Assembly (NCBI GenBank): GCA_973895155.1 | Contig: OZ316893.1 | Span: forward strand, 1,116,860 to 1,180,859 | Source of the DNA: Marsupella aquatica | Lineage: Eukaryota; Plantae; Marchantiophyta | Reading direction: 5' to 3' | Length of the DNA stretch: 64,000 nucleotides | Shown here: in pieces, positions 48,570-61,782 of the stretch | Layout: the number at the start of each line of letters is the position of its first letter | Numbering within the stretch: position 1 is the stretch's first letter | Made by a program: the position numbers and the translations under genes | The notes under the pieces: generated by a model | Database searches by the model: none | The model's input: the letters and a program-made list of their open reading frames with translations, nothing else | What the model was told of the DNA's origin: nothing

Positions 48570-48965
48570 TTGGGGGCCTACAATCCTACATGATTAGCAG
48601 TGGACCCAAGTAAATCTCCAGAAGTGATCACAGCATTTTTAAACATGGGATCCTAGACTTCCATTTTTTAAACTTTGGCTCCAAAGAAACTCTCTAGGCA
48701 TATTTTTCAAAACTGTGGCAAATTCCATGTTTTTTAAAGAATTTCAGACTGCCAACCATCAAAAGGGCCTTGTCAAATCCTAAATGTATGGTGTCTACCA
48801 TCCTACATGATAAGGAGTGGGCCCAAGTAGATCTTCAGAAGAGACCAAAGCATTTCAAAACTTGTTGTCCTGGATTTCCATTTTTGAAATTTGTTTCGGA
48901 AAAAAGGACTCAACAGGGTGGATTTTTCCAAACTGTGGTGAATTAACTGCTTTTAAGAATTTAAG
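48570..48965. repeat. Degenerate ~215-bp tandem duplication
   Basis: atcctacatgat...agtgg.cccaagta.atct.cagaag...atttttc.aaactgtgg occurs twice. Confidence 0.7.
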
Positions 48966-51900
48966 TGGGAAGAGCCTAGTCAGCCTCAAAATCCATAGTT
49001 TGGTGTGATTCAATTACTAAAGACGCAGGACTGTCCCTTTAAGGCGGGGCTTTACAAGAGGTTGGGAGGCACTTGTGAACAATTTTTTCATTTTTCACCA
49101 ACTTAAATTGGAGGGCCATTTCACACACGAAGAGCATCTCCTATTCTCCTATGGTTATTGGATTGGTCTATTGTAAGGCTATGTTGACCAAACTCAGTAA
49201 AGATAAACAGAAAAGGCAATAATGGGTTACTCTAGGGTTTTTGGTTACTGGATCTGTATAGAAGCAGCTGTATAGCGAGTGACTGAATACATGATTTATT
49301 TTTGGGTTCTCCAAGATCTAATGGTTAGTATCCAACTAGTGCCTATGATAGTAGATATTGTCAAAACTCACTAAACTATTGGACCTGCTTTTTGACACAT
49401 GATCCTTGCTATATTCAGTAAACTAAAAAACAAAAACTCTGTCTGTTATATTTAATGTATACATACACTTGAGCTGTCTTTTGTTGGCTGAACTAAAGTG
49501 GTGGGCGCTGAAACTGACTCCACATCTTTTTTCTAGTGCATACTATTTCTCCGCATATGATTCCGTGCATAAGATTCTGAAAAATACAGCATACAATACT
49601 AAAGAGAACCATTTGCAACAATTCAGCTTTTGTGATTAGAGCTTTTTGGTCACGGGCCTGGTATTTAATGTATACATGCTCTAAAGAGTGTGGCTACCAG
49701 CATTTTGGAGTCCTTCTTTGCTTCCTGCTCTAGTGATATATGGATAAATGGGGCCTACCCAGTGTAATTGTGTAAACCCACCCAGCCACCCTATGGAGGT
49801 GATGATTGACATTCGCATAATTGTGAGCATGAACTCCGAGAGGGACTTTACTCGATGACTCACACCCACACCTCTGTAGGTGGTTTCAAAGATTCCACTG
49901 GATCCCATTCAGATATTCATCGCATTGCTGTACCCTTCATTTCTTTTATTAATTGAATAAATGATGACGACAGTAAAAAGGCCACGGGGGTCCACACTCC
50001 ACAGCCGTCAGTTGGTGGTGGCTCCCGCCATTCTGGCTGGCCATGCAGCTCGGCTCCACTAGATTGCCACGCGCCGCTTCTGCCTCGTCTGCGGACCAGT
50101 CGACGGCTGGGCGTCTTCCCTGGCTCTGGCCTCTGGCCCACCCACTCACCGGCGACTGTACAGAGCAGAGCAGAGCAGAGTCCTCTAGTCCAGCCGTGGC
50201 CCCGGAGGCCAGGACCCTCGTCCGCCCATGTGTGCTTTGCAGCTCATGATACGTTTTTCATGTGCGATCAATGTTTTCTTTTGGTGCAAGGTGTTGAGTG
50301 TCCCAGAGGATATTTTGCCCAGGTTCCTTGAAATACGAGGGGTAGCCAAGGTTACCTTATCTCTCAGTCAAGTTGGACATGCCTACTAATATTCTTCGAA
50401 TTTTTTAACATTTGTTTTTTCGCATTAGAATGATAAAAAAGTACATAAAATTTACGAAAAGGACTAACAAAGTACAATGAAGTACAAATAGAACAAAGCA
50501 TCAAGGCAAAAAGATGTGAGCAAGGGAACCTCTCAAAACCTAAAAAGAGGAGAAGAAAGAACTGGGAAAAAAGGTACTAGTCCCATTGTGAAAATGAGCT
50601 AATGATGGTCTACATCAATTGTTCGTCACTAAATCTGCAAGTGGGACCTGGATGTCTTCCAAGGGGGCAATCAGTTTAGAGACACACTAGAACCCATGGC
50701 TAGGGATCTATATATGATATACTTTCAAGCTTGAGCACATTATAGCATCACAGCAATCCATTGACAAAAGTGCATGGTCAAAATGAGGTGGTTGGATGGA
50801 ACTGACCCGTCTGTGAATTAGCGGGGCTTTATAAGAATTGGGGCATACATAGTGCCTATGACCCATTGTAAAAGTGAGGTCCATTGCATTCAGTAAGCTA
50901 TAAACTCCTAAGAAAAAATGAAGCGGATAGGGAGAAAATAAAGGCAAGATCCTGAATATAGATGGACCAAGGACCCCCTCAAGGTCTAAGTTTTTGATAG
51001 ATAAACATGGACACATCACAAGAAAAGGGACACTGGCAGGTGACTGGGATCAGTAATGGTTTAATTAACCACATTAAGCCTCCAAGTCCATGTAAAGTGA
51101 AGTCAGGCTTGTTCTCACATTTGAGTGGCTAGAATTACATCTAGAATACACAAAATAGACAAGTCCCCCTCCCTCCTCCCCTATATCTTATTCTCTATGC
51201 TGGTTCCTAATATTTCTCTTCGTATGATTGAGATGGTATCAACAGAATCAATGTTTTTTCTGTTGTATCCAACCAGGTTTTCTGTGTGTGATCCCAAAAC
51301 TGCGACACGTGGATAACTTCCATGAAATGCTAAAAATAAGTTGCCAACTATAAAGGACCTTGAATAAAATCATGTGTGAACTGTGAAGAGAATCTCTGGT
51401 AGCAGAACTGGTAGTCAGGAGCACTTTAAAGTATTACGAAAAAGCAAATGCGCATAAGCCGTTATTCGCTTGACACCTGACAGGCTGGCACCTACCTTTT
51501 GCCTGCTGGCAGAGAACTCATTAAAAACAACTCCTACTACAATCTCTTTAAGTGCACACTCCATAACTGCAAAACCTAGCTAGCAGCAAGGTGTCTATTT
51601 CTTTCCTTTTTCACAGGGTTTGCACCTTTAGTAAGTGAAAAAAATGGCTTGTATAATGACAAGCTATAATTGCAAACCCTCGTTATTTAAGTGTGCATGA
51701 ACATTTATCTGTAAGCTGATAATCCTATCAATTTCACGTACTGATGTAATTGCCATGGTTTTGGACTCACCATGTGGTGAAAAGAGTATTTGTGAGAGAC
51801 AGTGAACTCTCTCTAAGTGCACGTTCCGAGGAAGAAGCCACTTGTGTGCCCTAAATGAGGGTTTGCACTATGTCATAAGTGCAAAAATTTGGAATTTGCA

Positions 51901-52259
51901 TTTATTAGTTGCAATGAGCCGTCTGTCAATAGACACTCTTGTGATGTCCTTCATAAATTGTGCATCCTTATCCTAAACCATGATCACCTTCCTCCTAAGC
52001 GCCTCTTTTACAAGCACTTTAAATCACTGTTCTTGTCTTAGAGTCTCTTAAGCTCTTTCGTCAAAAGTGATTGAGATGAGAACTTTTGTTCAAAAAGTAA
52101 ATAGAGGTGAAAACATTCAAACCAGCCGCACCATTTTAATAGTTTCACCCTGTCCTTAATCCTTAGTTCCACTTGCATCCTCAATTTCAATTATGGCCCC
52201 AAAGAAACACTTTAGTATAGAAGCTTCACTCAAGTCCATCAAGAGTAGCTTAACAAACC

Positions 52260-52470
52260 AACTGGCTTAGGTCAGTTGGCTAGGGGATGAGCCTGGAATT
52301 GAGAGGTCCCAGATTCAATCACACCCTCTCCACACATAGGGGTGTGGAGGGTATACGTGTGTGGGGGGCTGGGAATTCTGATTATCCCTGGTTGCCCACT
52401 TTGTGACCCTAATTTAATCCTCTCTCCCTTGTGGTAGGGGTCATTGTTTGAACCATGAGGGCTCACCCTA
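52260..52470 (+). mobile_element. tRNA-headed SINE-like element; body shared with the window start (1-150)
   Basis: A-box-like taggtcagttgg and B-box-like agattcaatc, then ggggtgtggagggtata, which matches positions 2-18. Confidence 0.45.
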
Positions 52471-52714
52471 AAATGTGTTCCATACAATGAATGACTGCCA
52501 CTATTGGGGGTAGGGAGAGTCTTGTAAGCGTTCTTCCTCTTTTACTTCCACGCAACAACTAATAGCTTTACATGACTATTATGTAGTCAGATTAGATACC
52601 ATGGGATGAAGAGGATGCACAATGTGGGCCTAGCTTCTGCTGTTCTGTTGTACCCTCTAAATACACCTTTTATTAAAACTGAGTGAAAGGACAAAAGGAA
52701 GGCTCCTCACACAT

Positions 52715-52955
52715 GCCAGGTTTGGACTTGTCCGACAAATGAGGGGTCTGAACCTTGACATCTGACATGTGTCACACCTGGTCATCCCGGCCCCAGCCCC
52801 CAGCCTGCCCACAACCCCAGCCCCAGCCCTGGCCTGGCCTGGCCCGACCCGCCCACACCCTGCCCCGACCCCAACCCCGACCCCGACCTGTCTCGGCCTC
52901 TCCCGACTGGCCGGAGAATATAGGCAAATATGCAACATTTGATCGCTTTTGGAGC
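52715..52955 (+). repeat. Dispersed G/C-tract repeat, copy 3
   Basis: Conserved ends with a C-run interior (ccccag/ccccga units); about 650 bp upstream of PPO. Confidence 0.75.
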
Positions 52956-53606
52956 AGACAAAATAACTTGTGTGTCAGTTCAAACCGGGCACACATGAAT
53001 CATGTGAGATTTAATTGAACTCTGTAGTGAGCACCAGGGTGTCCTTCAGGCTGTGAAGCGAGGAGATCCACCTATGTGACACCACTGTTGTGTCTTTGTC
53101 GGTTCTTTTCGTGAGGGTTGTGATGTGTACCCCATGATTGAAAATACGACCTCTCTTCATGATTTTGTTTTCTCTCGTTTGCAACTCTCTCTTTCATGTC
53201 CCGACATCTGCCTTCAAATTGCAGGCGAGGTACTGGCACAGCAGGTACAGTACGATTTTGGAAAAGGCAAGTGCTGATTTAATAAAAAGTAGATCGAAAG
53301 CAGATCGGCATCATTCATACGCGAAGTGCATTGACGCGAAAAAGTTTGTTGAGACGACTACCGTAGCTCTCTAGTAGACGACTGTGGACTGTGACAAGTT
53401 CTGCTCGTGTCCTCACGATTCGAACGATTTCTCAGGGGGTGGGTTTAGTGAGCAGCAGCAGCTCCTCGCTACAAGTAGATTAGAAGCTTCGTGCCCCATT
53501 GCGCAGCATCAGACTTGATCGGGTAAGAGTCTTGAGGGATCGATTAGTTGGAAGCAGCTCCCCTCACTGCATATGGTGTCGTAGAGCTTCAGCATCGACT
53601 GGCACA

Positions 53607-55343
53607 ATGCAGCAGCGAGCAGCTACTCCAGTGACAGGAAGAGGAATGATGGTTAATCGGATCTGCAATGTCGTCTGCTGTGCTGTGGTTTTTATCTCGA
53701 TAACGTCGGTTGTCGTCGAAGCACTACCCATTCTGGGCCCGGACCTGAATCGTTGCCATACCGTGATTCCTCCCAAGAGAACTGCTGCGGAATCAGTCGA
53801 CTGCTGCCTGATTGACAATGGGGCCCCCATCAAGGACTTCAAGTTTAACTTGGATCTGCCTATGCGTGTGCGCAAACCTGCTCATAGGATGGACGATGAA
53901 TCCATCGAGAAGTATGAGCGAGCTGTTGCGCTCATGAAGGCTCTGCCGCCAGAAGATCCTCGCTCCTACGAAGCGCAGTGGAAGCTCCATTGTGCCTACT
54001 GCGCAGAAGCGTACGACCAGTTCAATACCACCGAAATACTTGATGTGCATCACGGCTGGCTCGTGCTGCCATTCCACCGCTACTACGTGTACTTCCACGA
54101 GCGCATTCTTGCAAAACTCATCGGTGATGACACCCTCGCCATCCCTTACTGGGCGTGGGACATGCAGTATGACGACCCACCAGGCAACATCATACCGCCG
54201 CCCTTCAACAACAAGAATTCGAGCCTCTACGATGCAGACCGATCCGCAGTCCACCAGCCGCCTGCTAGGGCCGACTTGGAATTCTTCCACCACCCCACGG
54301 GCAACAAGGAACCTGAAGTGCTGTTGCAGGATAACTTATTCAATTTGTGGAGGACGATGATCAGCGAAGTGAAAACCCCTGATGGATTCTTCGGAGCAAA
54401 ATTTTCTAAGGGTGACTCGGTTCAGTTGAGAGAAGGGCCGTTCGAGGTTGGGCCGCATGCTGCTGTCCATGGGTGGACCGGGTCCGAAGACACTGTGTTC
54501 GGAGAGGATATGTCGCCCGCTTACTCAGCAGCAAGGGATGAAACATTCTTTGCCCACCACTCTCAAATCGACAGACTCTGGCTCATGTGGCTGAAGTGGG
54601 GAGGGAGAGACCATGATCACGAGGACTATCTCAATGCTGAGTTCCTCTTTTATGATGAGAATGGGGACCTAGTGCGTGTTAACGTTCGAGATTCTCTGAA
54701 TTGGGACAACTTCCGGGTCTCATACGAAGAAGTGGCACCTGACTGGCTGTCTTACAAACCAAAATCGATTCGAGATTTATATCCAGAGCATTGCCAAGCT
54801 GGTATTCTGCAACGACTGTGGCGTCAAGTGGTAAGCACAGAGACATACAGGAACATCGCCATGGCGCTCGGGAGCTTCTATCAGCCACAGTGGAACCTGG
54901 CCAAAGCTTCCGTGGGAGGAGACAGGAGATCGGCGACCGCTCTAGTGTCTCGGTCCGAGGTGATCAAGGGCAGCATCGATGGATCGTCAGTTTATGATGA
55001 GGTGTTGATTGTGACCGGAACTGTAGAGAAGCCCTTCGACGTGAGCGTGCTCCTCAACATGTTCTTAGAGCTTCCGGAAGCTGACCAGAACACTCCTCAC
55101 CATGTTGTGGAGTACCTCGGTGGCGTGAGAGTAGAAGCAGAAGGGCTGGCTGATGGAATGGACAGGACTGTTAGTAAGATATTCATCAGGCCTATAGGCA
55201 TCGGAGACAGGATCGGAATTCTGGATATCAAGCATCGAAAGTCTTTGACGGTTACATTTGTTCCCGCTTGGGATTCGGAGCACGACGCTGAAGTTTCGAT
55301 TAAAATCACGGACCTGAAAGTGGAGTTGAAGCTGGTGAGGTGA
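53607..55343 (+). CDS. PPO: Polyphenol oxidase (type-3 copper tyrosinase family), intronless, with N-terminal signal peptide
   Basis: CuA HCAYC...VHHGWLVLPFHRYY; CuB EVGPHAAVH...RDETFFAHHSQIDRLW; DWL motif; C-terminal shielding domain (EYLGG). First ATG at 53607; alternative at 53646. Confidence 0.93.
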   Translation: MQQRAATPVTGRGMMVNRICNVVCCAVVFISITSVVVEALPILGPDLNRCHTVIPPKRTAAESVDCCLIDNGAPIKDFKFNLDLPMRVRKPAHRMDDESIEKYERAVALMKALPPEDPRSYEAQWKLHCAYCAEAYDQFNTTEILDVHHGWLVLPFHRYYVYFHERILAKLIGDDTLAIPYWAWDMQYDDPPGNIIPPPFNNKNSSLYDADRSAVHQPPARADLEFFHHPTGNKEPEVLLQDNLFNLWRTMISEVKTPDGFFGAKFSKGDSVQLREGPFEVGPHAAVHGWTGSEDTVFGEDMSPAYSAARDETFFAHHSQIDRLWLMWLKWGGRDHDHEDYLNAEFLFYDENGDLVRVNVRDSLNWDNFRVSYEEVAPDWLSYKPKSIRDLYPEHCQAGILQRLWRQVVSTETYRNIAMALGSFYQPQWNLAKASVGGDRRSATALVSRSEVIKGSIDGSSVYDEVLIVTGTVEKPFDVSVLLNMFLELPEADQNTPHHVVEYLGGVRVEAEGLADGMDRTVSKIFIRPIGIGDRIGILDIKHRKSLTVTFVPAWDSEHDAEVSIKITDLKVELKLVR

Positions 55344-56669
55344 AGGTGATGGAACTTGGGACATTGCACCTTCTCTGACGCCAGTCTTAAAGATTTCCGT
55401 TAGTTACTGCACAGATCTTTCAGTGCTGTGCAGGATTCATTGACTGGGCTCGTCTCCGGATGTAGTCTGACGGTCTTCCAGCCATCTTAGTGGATTGTTT
55501 GCTGAGCAGGCTTTCAGCAAAATCGCTGGGGTCGTGTCTCTTTTACCCGACTAGAAAATCGGCTTGGATTCAACTTCAGATTGGATTCGTGTACTTTACG
55601 TTATGTGTATATCGTGATGAGTTGTTGGTTTACACAATGCTTGTAATGGGCATATGTACTGTTGTAGTGTCTGTTGGATAATAGATAGAAATGGCGGGGG
55701 CAGTGAGGTTCTGGCCATGCCCTAAAGCAAGGTTTTCAATAAGAGTTGTTTCAAAGAACGAAGTTGGTGAAATTAATCACATTTCTCTCCCTCTTATTTC
55801 TGTTCACAAATTACCGTCTTCAACAACCCACGACATAATTTTAGTATTCAAAAGTGCATGAAATGTGTTCTGTCTTCCAATTTTTTAGTAAGTCTTTGGT
55901 CGACATTTTCTGTACTTTTCTTCAACAACCGATGAATTATATTCAAGTAGAGTGAAGTTGGTCCGTCCTGTCGCTAGCTGCAGTTTTTGACGAGTCGAAC
56001 TCAGTTCTTGCCCGACTACTTGCCTTGTGCCTGCACGTTTGAAATGTACCACGAAGGTACTGACAATTAGAACGATTGGTGCTTGAGTGTTTGAAATGTA
56101 CAAAGAAGGTTCTGTACATTTCTGTTGACGTTAGAAATGATGCTAACGCACTTTGTAAATGATTTAACAGAACAGGACCAATTCATTTTAGGAGAACCGG
56201 ACCAATGACTGAAGTAGACGTTAGTCTTAATCAATCTGATCAAGGGAGGAGAATTGTCTATTTATCCCAATTATGTGAGCAGTTTCGAATGTATGGTGCT
56301 GTCAATACGGGGCATCAACCATTTATAATCCATCCACAAAGCTCCACCTTGTCCTGTCACTCTCGGGAATGCTGGGGAAGTATCTCTTGGTCGAAAGCCT
56401 GACACGAGAAATCTCCCGCTTTCCAATGTCTCGTTCGATTGGGAACTTTCACGATTCCAATCCGACCACCACTACCTACTTTTCATAAAAAATTGGCGAA
56501 ATCTAGGGTCATGAAAGAAGGGGTAAAGTAATGTTCTCTTGATCTTCCAGACAGAATCTGAAATGTAATACTGTTGACCGACAATCTCGTACATATATGC
56601 TGGAAAGTTGCAAGTTGTGATTCAAACAATGTTGTAAATCAATACTGTGAACGTGTATCGTTTTTAAAT

Positions 56670-56940
56670 TAGCAAGCATTTCAATGGCAGATTGACCAAC
56701 AGTTACACCCCAGTTATGCAGTCGATTTGTACAAACAAATTATTGAAGGCTGCACTTGCTATCATTTACCAAATATCGTAAACTTAAACCATGCGTGGAT
56801 TCAAAGTTACCAAGCATTTCAATGGCGGACTGACCATAACTATACCCCAGTTCTGCAGTTGATTTGTCCAAATTATAAAAGTCTGCACCAGCTATTTTCC
56901 AGAGATCAGAAAACTAGTCATGCGTGGATGCAGTACTAAC
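56670..56940. repeat. Degenerate ~140-bp tandem duplication
   Basis: caagcatttcaatggc.ga.tgacca...ccccagtt.tgcagt.gatttgt occurs twice. Confidence 0.65.
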
Positions 56941-57617
56941 GAGACTGACCAATGTTTCTGCCCCAATGCATGCTGTTGGTAAACGAACAATTACCTGGAT
57001 CTTGATTGAGAGAGTCGCAATATCTAAGTCACTAACCTTTTAGGTGAAAGCTTAAAGCGGACCTGAGTGTACTATTACTAGGTAAAATAATGTCGGACTA
57101 ACAATGTTTCTGGCCAAAATTTACTACCACTACCTACTAAAATTTGTGATACATGAGGATTGACGAACTATTATTCCTACCCAATGCAGGTTTTGTACTC
57201 ACATTCCACATATTGTCAGGGCAGATCCCAATTGATCTAATTACCTCACACTACACTTTTGTAAAACATCCCCAAACTATATTTCTAATGTTTTCCACTG
57301 GTCTACGACCGAAACTTAAAACTCGTACGCTAAAGGTGCAACGGTCTAATTTTAATCTCCTCACTTTCTGCAATTTCCAGTGACATGACGGCAAATTCCT
57401 AGGCGTTGAATTGGTATGATATGTTCAGATTATACTGTCCAAAGCTTGAAGAAAGATAGGGACGAAGTTCAAATCAGACGGATGTAACCCTTGGACAAGG
57501 CTAATCGGAGAATGATTTTTAAGCTTCTTGGTGCTTCTCTCCTCCATCCCAATTCGTCTACGATCTGTAATTCAGCTGGTTTGCTTCTCTTGTGGTGTGC
57601 GTCATGGTACGTCATCT

Positions 57618-57800
57618 GAGCATCAATAGTGCAGCCCAAAGTAGAGAAATGTCATTAAGCGTGACGACTTTTGCAGTCCTGCGAACTCTGCAAGTTAGTC
57701 ATCATACGTCGGCAACTTAGCATCAATAGTACAGCCCAAAGTACAGAATGTCAATAAACGTGTCGACTCTCGCAATCCTGTGAACTCTGCAAGTTAATTG
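57618..57800. repeat. ~100-bp tandem duplication
   Basis: agcatcaatagt.cagcccaaagta.ag...gaactctgcaagtta occurs twice. Confidence 0.8.
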
Positions 57801-59099
57801 CCGATTAGAATGACGGTGTGGTGAGCACTTGGAATGTTCCGCACAAGACCTTAATCCAGCTCGAAGAGCTCATGTATACACAGGGAACACCTGCAGTGTC
57901 CTCACCGCGAAGTCGAAGGAATGTTGGGGAAAGCACATGCTTGATTCTAGGACGTGTTCTGCTCCATATGTCCATGGGATGTTTAACACCAGCATGGTAG
58001 GGAATTGAGTTTCTCGGAGCCGGAGGGTTGATTACCTTGAATGTGGGATTACTCTGTTTCGGCCAACACAAAGCACTAAAACGTTGTGAAGGATCAGCAG
58101 CAGGTTTTGGGCGTGGAACCTTAGTATTCGCTGGGAGGGCGGTTTTATTGGAATTATTACAAGGTCTGGCTAGTCGCTCCAAACCGCTACAGAAATCTGT
58201 AAAAATTTCACTCTGCAAACCACTAAATCATCACATGCAGCCCTGTGGTAGGGTATGCCACAGTTGGTACTGGGAATGATGACTGGTGTTTTGTGGTCCA
58301 TCGTGACCCTCCTATGCTGTTTACACCACAGCTTTAGTTTGCCACCTAGTAGGGTTTTAGGTTTCTGTTGTGGAGGGCTCGTGTTTGGGACTAGTGCTTT
58401 TTGGCTCCTTGGGTTTTTCCTTGTTTTCTCCGCTTTATTGGGTCTCCAGGCTTTTAGATCGTGTCTCCCCGGTTTGAAGCCATCTGTGTTTCGCCAGTGT
58501 GAAATATAATGTTCTGAATGTTGAATGTCCGAGGCAGACTTCCTTTTCGCGTCCATGTATATTTTAACAGAGCAAATTCTATACACGTTAGATCTAGGGC
58601 ACACCATGTACACGTAGCATAGATACCAGAGGCTTCTTCGCCTCCACTGTAAGGAATATAGTTCTACCCTCGCACTAGTCGTGTTTGACCATTCCTTCAA
58701 TAAAGCATCAACTGTTTCAAGGTATGCTCTGCATCTTCTGAACATTCCTGATCACTTGCACGATCTCGTGATGACATACTTGTGTACTTCACTCTGCAAG
58801 ATTCCGGTGAGGGCCCGGCAGTTGTCAGTAGCTATGGGGTTTGCCATTTAAGTCATCAGATTCTATCACTCATTCGGATATCACAATCTGCTCTGAGAAT
58901 GAGAAATTGGACGGTTCCAAGATTACATTCGGCGGACGTTTCAAGTTGAACGCTGGTTCAGACAGGGTCGAGTATGGTTGGAGATTGTGAACCCTACTGC
59001 ACGAGGAGGACCGAAGCTGTCGGAGGCAAACTCGGCAACAAGAAGGAAAGTCTGAGCAATTTACATCACTACCGTAACAGTGAAGTAATAAATTCTCCC

Positions 59100-61400
59100 T
59101 ATCGTGACTAAGAAGTTTGTTGACGATCCTCATAAGCCCTGGTTGCATCCGTAAGGCTAGATTTGAGTCATACCACCATGGGATGCAGCTTACTTTGAGG
59201 GACAAGCTCTCACAGATGAAAATGACCGAGGGCACTCCCATAGAGTCCTACATTCAGCAACTGGATAGTCCGGTTTGTCAATTAGCTGATAAAGAGCTCA
59301 TTCGTGCCACTATTAGCTGATTAGCCTAGAGGATTAAGAGCTCGTTCGTGCCACTCTGAAAGGTCTACCAGAGGCTGGAAACCCTGCATATCATCATCGA
59401 CCACCTTGCTCACGAATTTCTCCGAGATGAGTTTCGCAGATCTCATCGGCCTCATGCAAGCAGAGAGCTGCAACGTTCGCTGATGGGAAGCAGCAATGAA
59501 GAAGCGCTTGCAGTGGTTCACATGGCAAGATGGGGCGAATCCCGTCAATCTGCTGGCAGAAAGCGTGGTCAAAGTGGCCGAAAATTGGTGTGATACAAGC
59601 CTAGAGGCTGTCCTTCAAGGAACAACAAGAAACTGTCCAGGGAAGAGCAACATATGTGCCATCCCTGGACATTGCGAGCTCGATGCCTGAAGAAACCTGA
59701 TGAGCAAGTCAGGGACTGCAGCTGAAGTAGACAGAGATGAGAAGATAGAGAGAGAAGCAAACTCCATGCTAACATCGTTGATCAGCAAAACGAAACAGGA
59801 GAGGACGTTAATAATCATTTTCAGGCGAATTACAGAGTACGATAAAAGTGACAAATCGCCTGGGATGCTTGATTCAGGAGCTATCTCTCACGTAACTAGG
59901 AACAGACGAGTACTCACTCAAGTTCCTCCGAATGTAAAGACCGCTTCTGGCTCCATCAACCCATTTGCTGGACGGGTTGTACAAACGTTGGCAAGGAAGG
60001 CATTCGTGATGTTCTGTATGTGCCTGGTATGGGCCAAAATTTACTCTCAGTAGGCAGTTTCACTGACAAAGGCTTCAATGTTTTGTTGATTGCAAAGACG
60101 GCTATGTATTAGGCAAATGTAGTCCTGAAGTGAACTACGGACAGCAAGAATAGCTTGTATCATCTACATCGCTAGTTCTCTCAACCATAATTCTATCCAT
60201 GAACCCACTAGATTGCCAAGTCCCACCAATACTTCACCTGCGTCTAGTCATCTGTCAAAACACCTTGCCTGCCATAGCGGAATGTCATCAAGCAGAAAAT
60301 CCCCCTATGAAAATAGAGAAGTACCTGTGTGATATTTGTGGTTTCTTTCCAGCACCCTCCTTGGAACCACACGAGCTTCAAGAGAAATTCACATTCTTTA
60401 TTCTTTGGCTCTGATAACATATTAAAAATTTTGGCTATGATATGAGATTGAAACTTCTGGCTGTGATACGATATTGAAACTTTCAACAAAGTGGTATACG
60501 ATATTGAAACTTTCAACAAAGTGGACTGGCAAAGAATTGAACCTAGTACCCTGTGTATATCAATTCCCATTCTTTATTCTTTGGCTCTGATACCATATTG
60601 AAACTTTCAACAAAGTGGACTGGCAAAGAATTGAACCTAGGTATTGAAACTTTGTGTATCAATTCCCATTCTTTATTCTTTGGCTCTGATACCATATTGA
60701 AACTTGGCAAAGAATTGAACCTAGGACCCTGTGTATATCATAGTGCTCTACCACTGAGTTAGACTTTATGCTTACATTGTCATCAATTTAAGTGTGGTTC
60801 ATTTCCAACAATCAGACAGGAGTTGCTGAAAGAGAAATTGAATGCTATTGAAAGCTGCACGAAGTAGTAAGATAGAAGGAAGTCTACCTAATTATCTAGG
60901 GAAGGAGGGAGGAGATAATAAAATCGACAAATTATGTCCTGAACAGGTTCCAACCAAATGCTCGTTGAGAAATCAAGTGTCACTACTCCTAGTCGTTTCT
61001 TTGCATGTATGGCCAAATGTATTGATGTTTTTATAGAAGTGCTTTCCAGGTGATTGTCAAGTTGGAAACAAGTCCAATCAAGGAGCAGAGAAGGAGCTGT
61101 CACAGAAATTGGCTCATGGGCATAGGACACCGGATCATAAGCAGTCACAATCCAAGTCATGATTGATTGCGTGTGTTGCTGATTTGCAGGAGGGACAAAT
61201 AATGGAGACTGACATGGTATATGAGAAAAGAAATCATTTGAAAAGTTTTGGTGAGGAGGATCATCTGAAGACGCAGAGCCTTGCATGACATCATCCAAAC
61301 AAAGGAGGCCTTTCATAGGGGCAATAAATAAAAGATTCGCAGTCTGGTACATCCTAGATGGCCTAAGATTGCAGTAGCAGATGTTTTATCTCATTTTTCA
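59100..61400 (+). mobile_element. Decayed Ty1/Copia gag-pol relic
   Basis: Frameshifted fragments: gag KMTEGTPIESYIQQL, protease LDSGAISHVT, YVPGMGQNLLSVG, integrase GVAER...MLLKAARS. Confidence 0.75.
60340..60810 (-). mobile_element. Decayed, tandemly amplified relative of the tRNA-LTR mini-element
   Basis: Three copies of ttctttggctctgata(c/a)ca (PBS reverse complement). LTR remnant gaattgaacctaggacc...atcatagtgctctaccactgag...ggttcatttccaaca matches 63866-64000. Confidence 0.8.
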
Positions 61401-61525
61401 CTCTTTCTAGATTTTGGGGGTTTTTAATTGCTCGTTTTTTGTGCGTTTGGTGTTTCTCCTCTGTGGACGTCTTTTGCTTTTCATACATTGTACTTTGTAA
61501 ACCTGAAAGTGACTCTATGTGGAGG

Positions 61526-61528
<3 letters not shown>

Positions 61529-61563
<35 letters not shown>
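61529..61563. repeat. (AT)n microsatellite
   Basis: About 17 AT units. Confidence 0.95.
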
Positions 61564-61564
<1 letters not shown>

Positions 61565-61680
61565 CATGGGTTTCAGTCAAATCTTGTCACACTGTGTTCA
61601 CGAGTGCTTCAGAGTCAAGCAAGGATAAGATTGCTAATAAAAAAGGAATGTGTCTTTATAATGGCAGTTTCCACCCCCAA

Positions 61681-61782
61681 TGCACAAAGCATACTCGAGC
61701 TTTAAATAAATGTCCTCAAAAGCAGGGGGTTTGCCTACGTGTTTTCACAAGATTGCCGAAAAAACCTAATTCAGCTTTACGC
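61681..61782 (+). pseudogene. rps12: Mitochondrial rps12 fragment (NUMT)
   Basis: Translates as [33 protein letters not shown], the plant mitochondrial S12 signature; no start codon or C-terminal half. Confidence 0.85.

Noticed and set aside
53499-53606. N-terminal extension of the PPO ORF
   Set aside because: Non-ATG start; the ATG at 53607 or 53646 precedes the signal peptide.
57805-58745. Two overlapping minus-strand ORFs (137 and 191 aa)
   Set aside because: No recognisable motif or splice pattern; possibly a decayed TE or pseudogene, but not supportable without a search.
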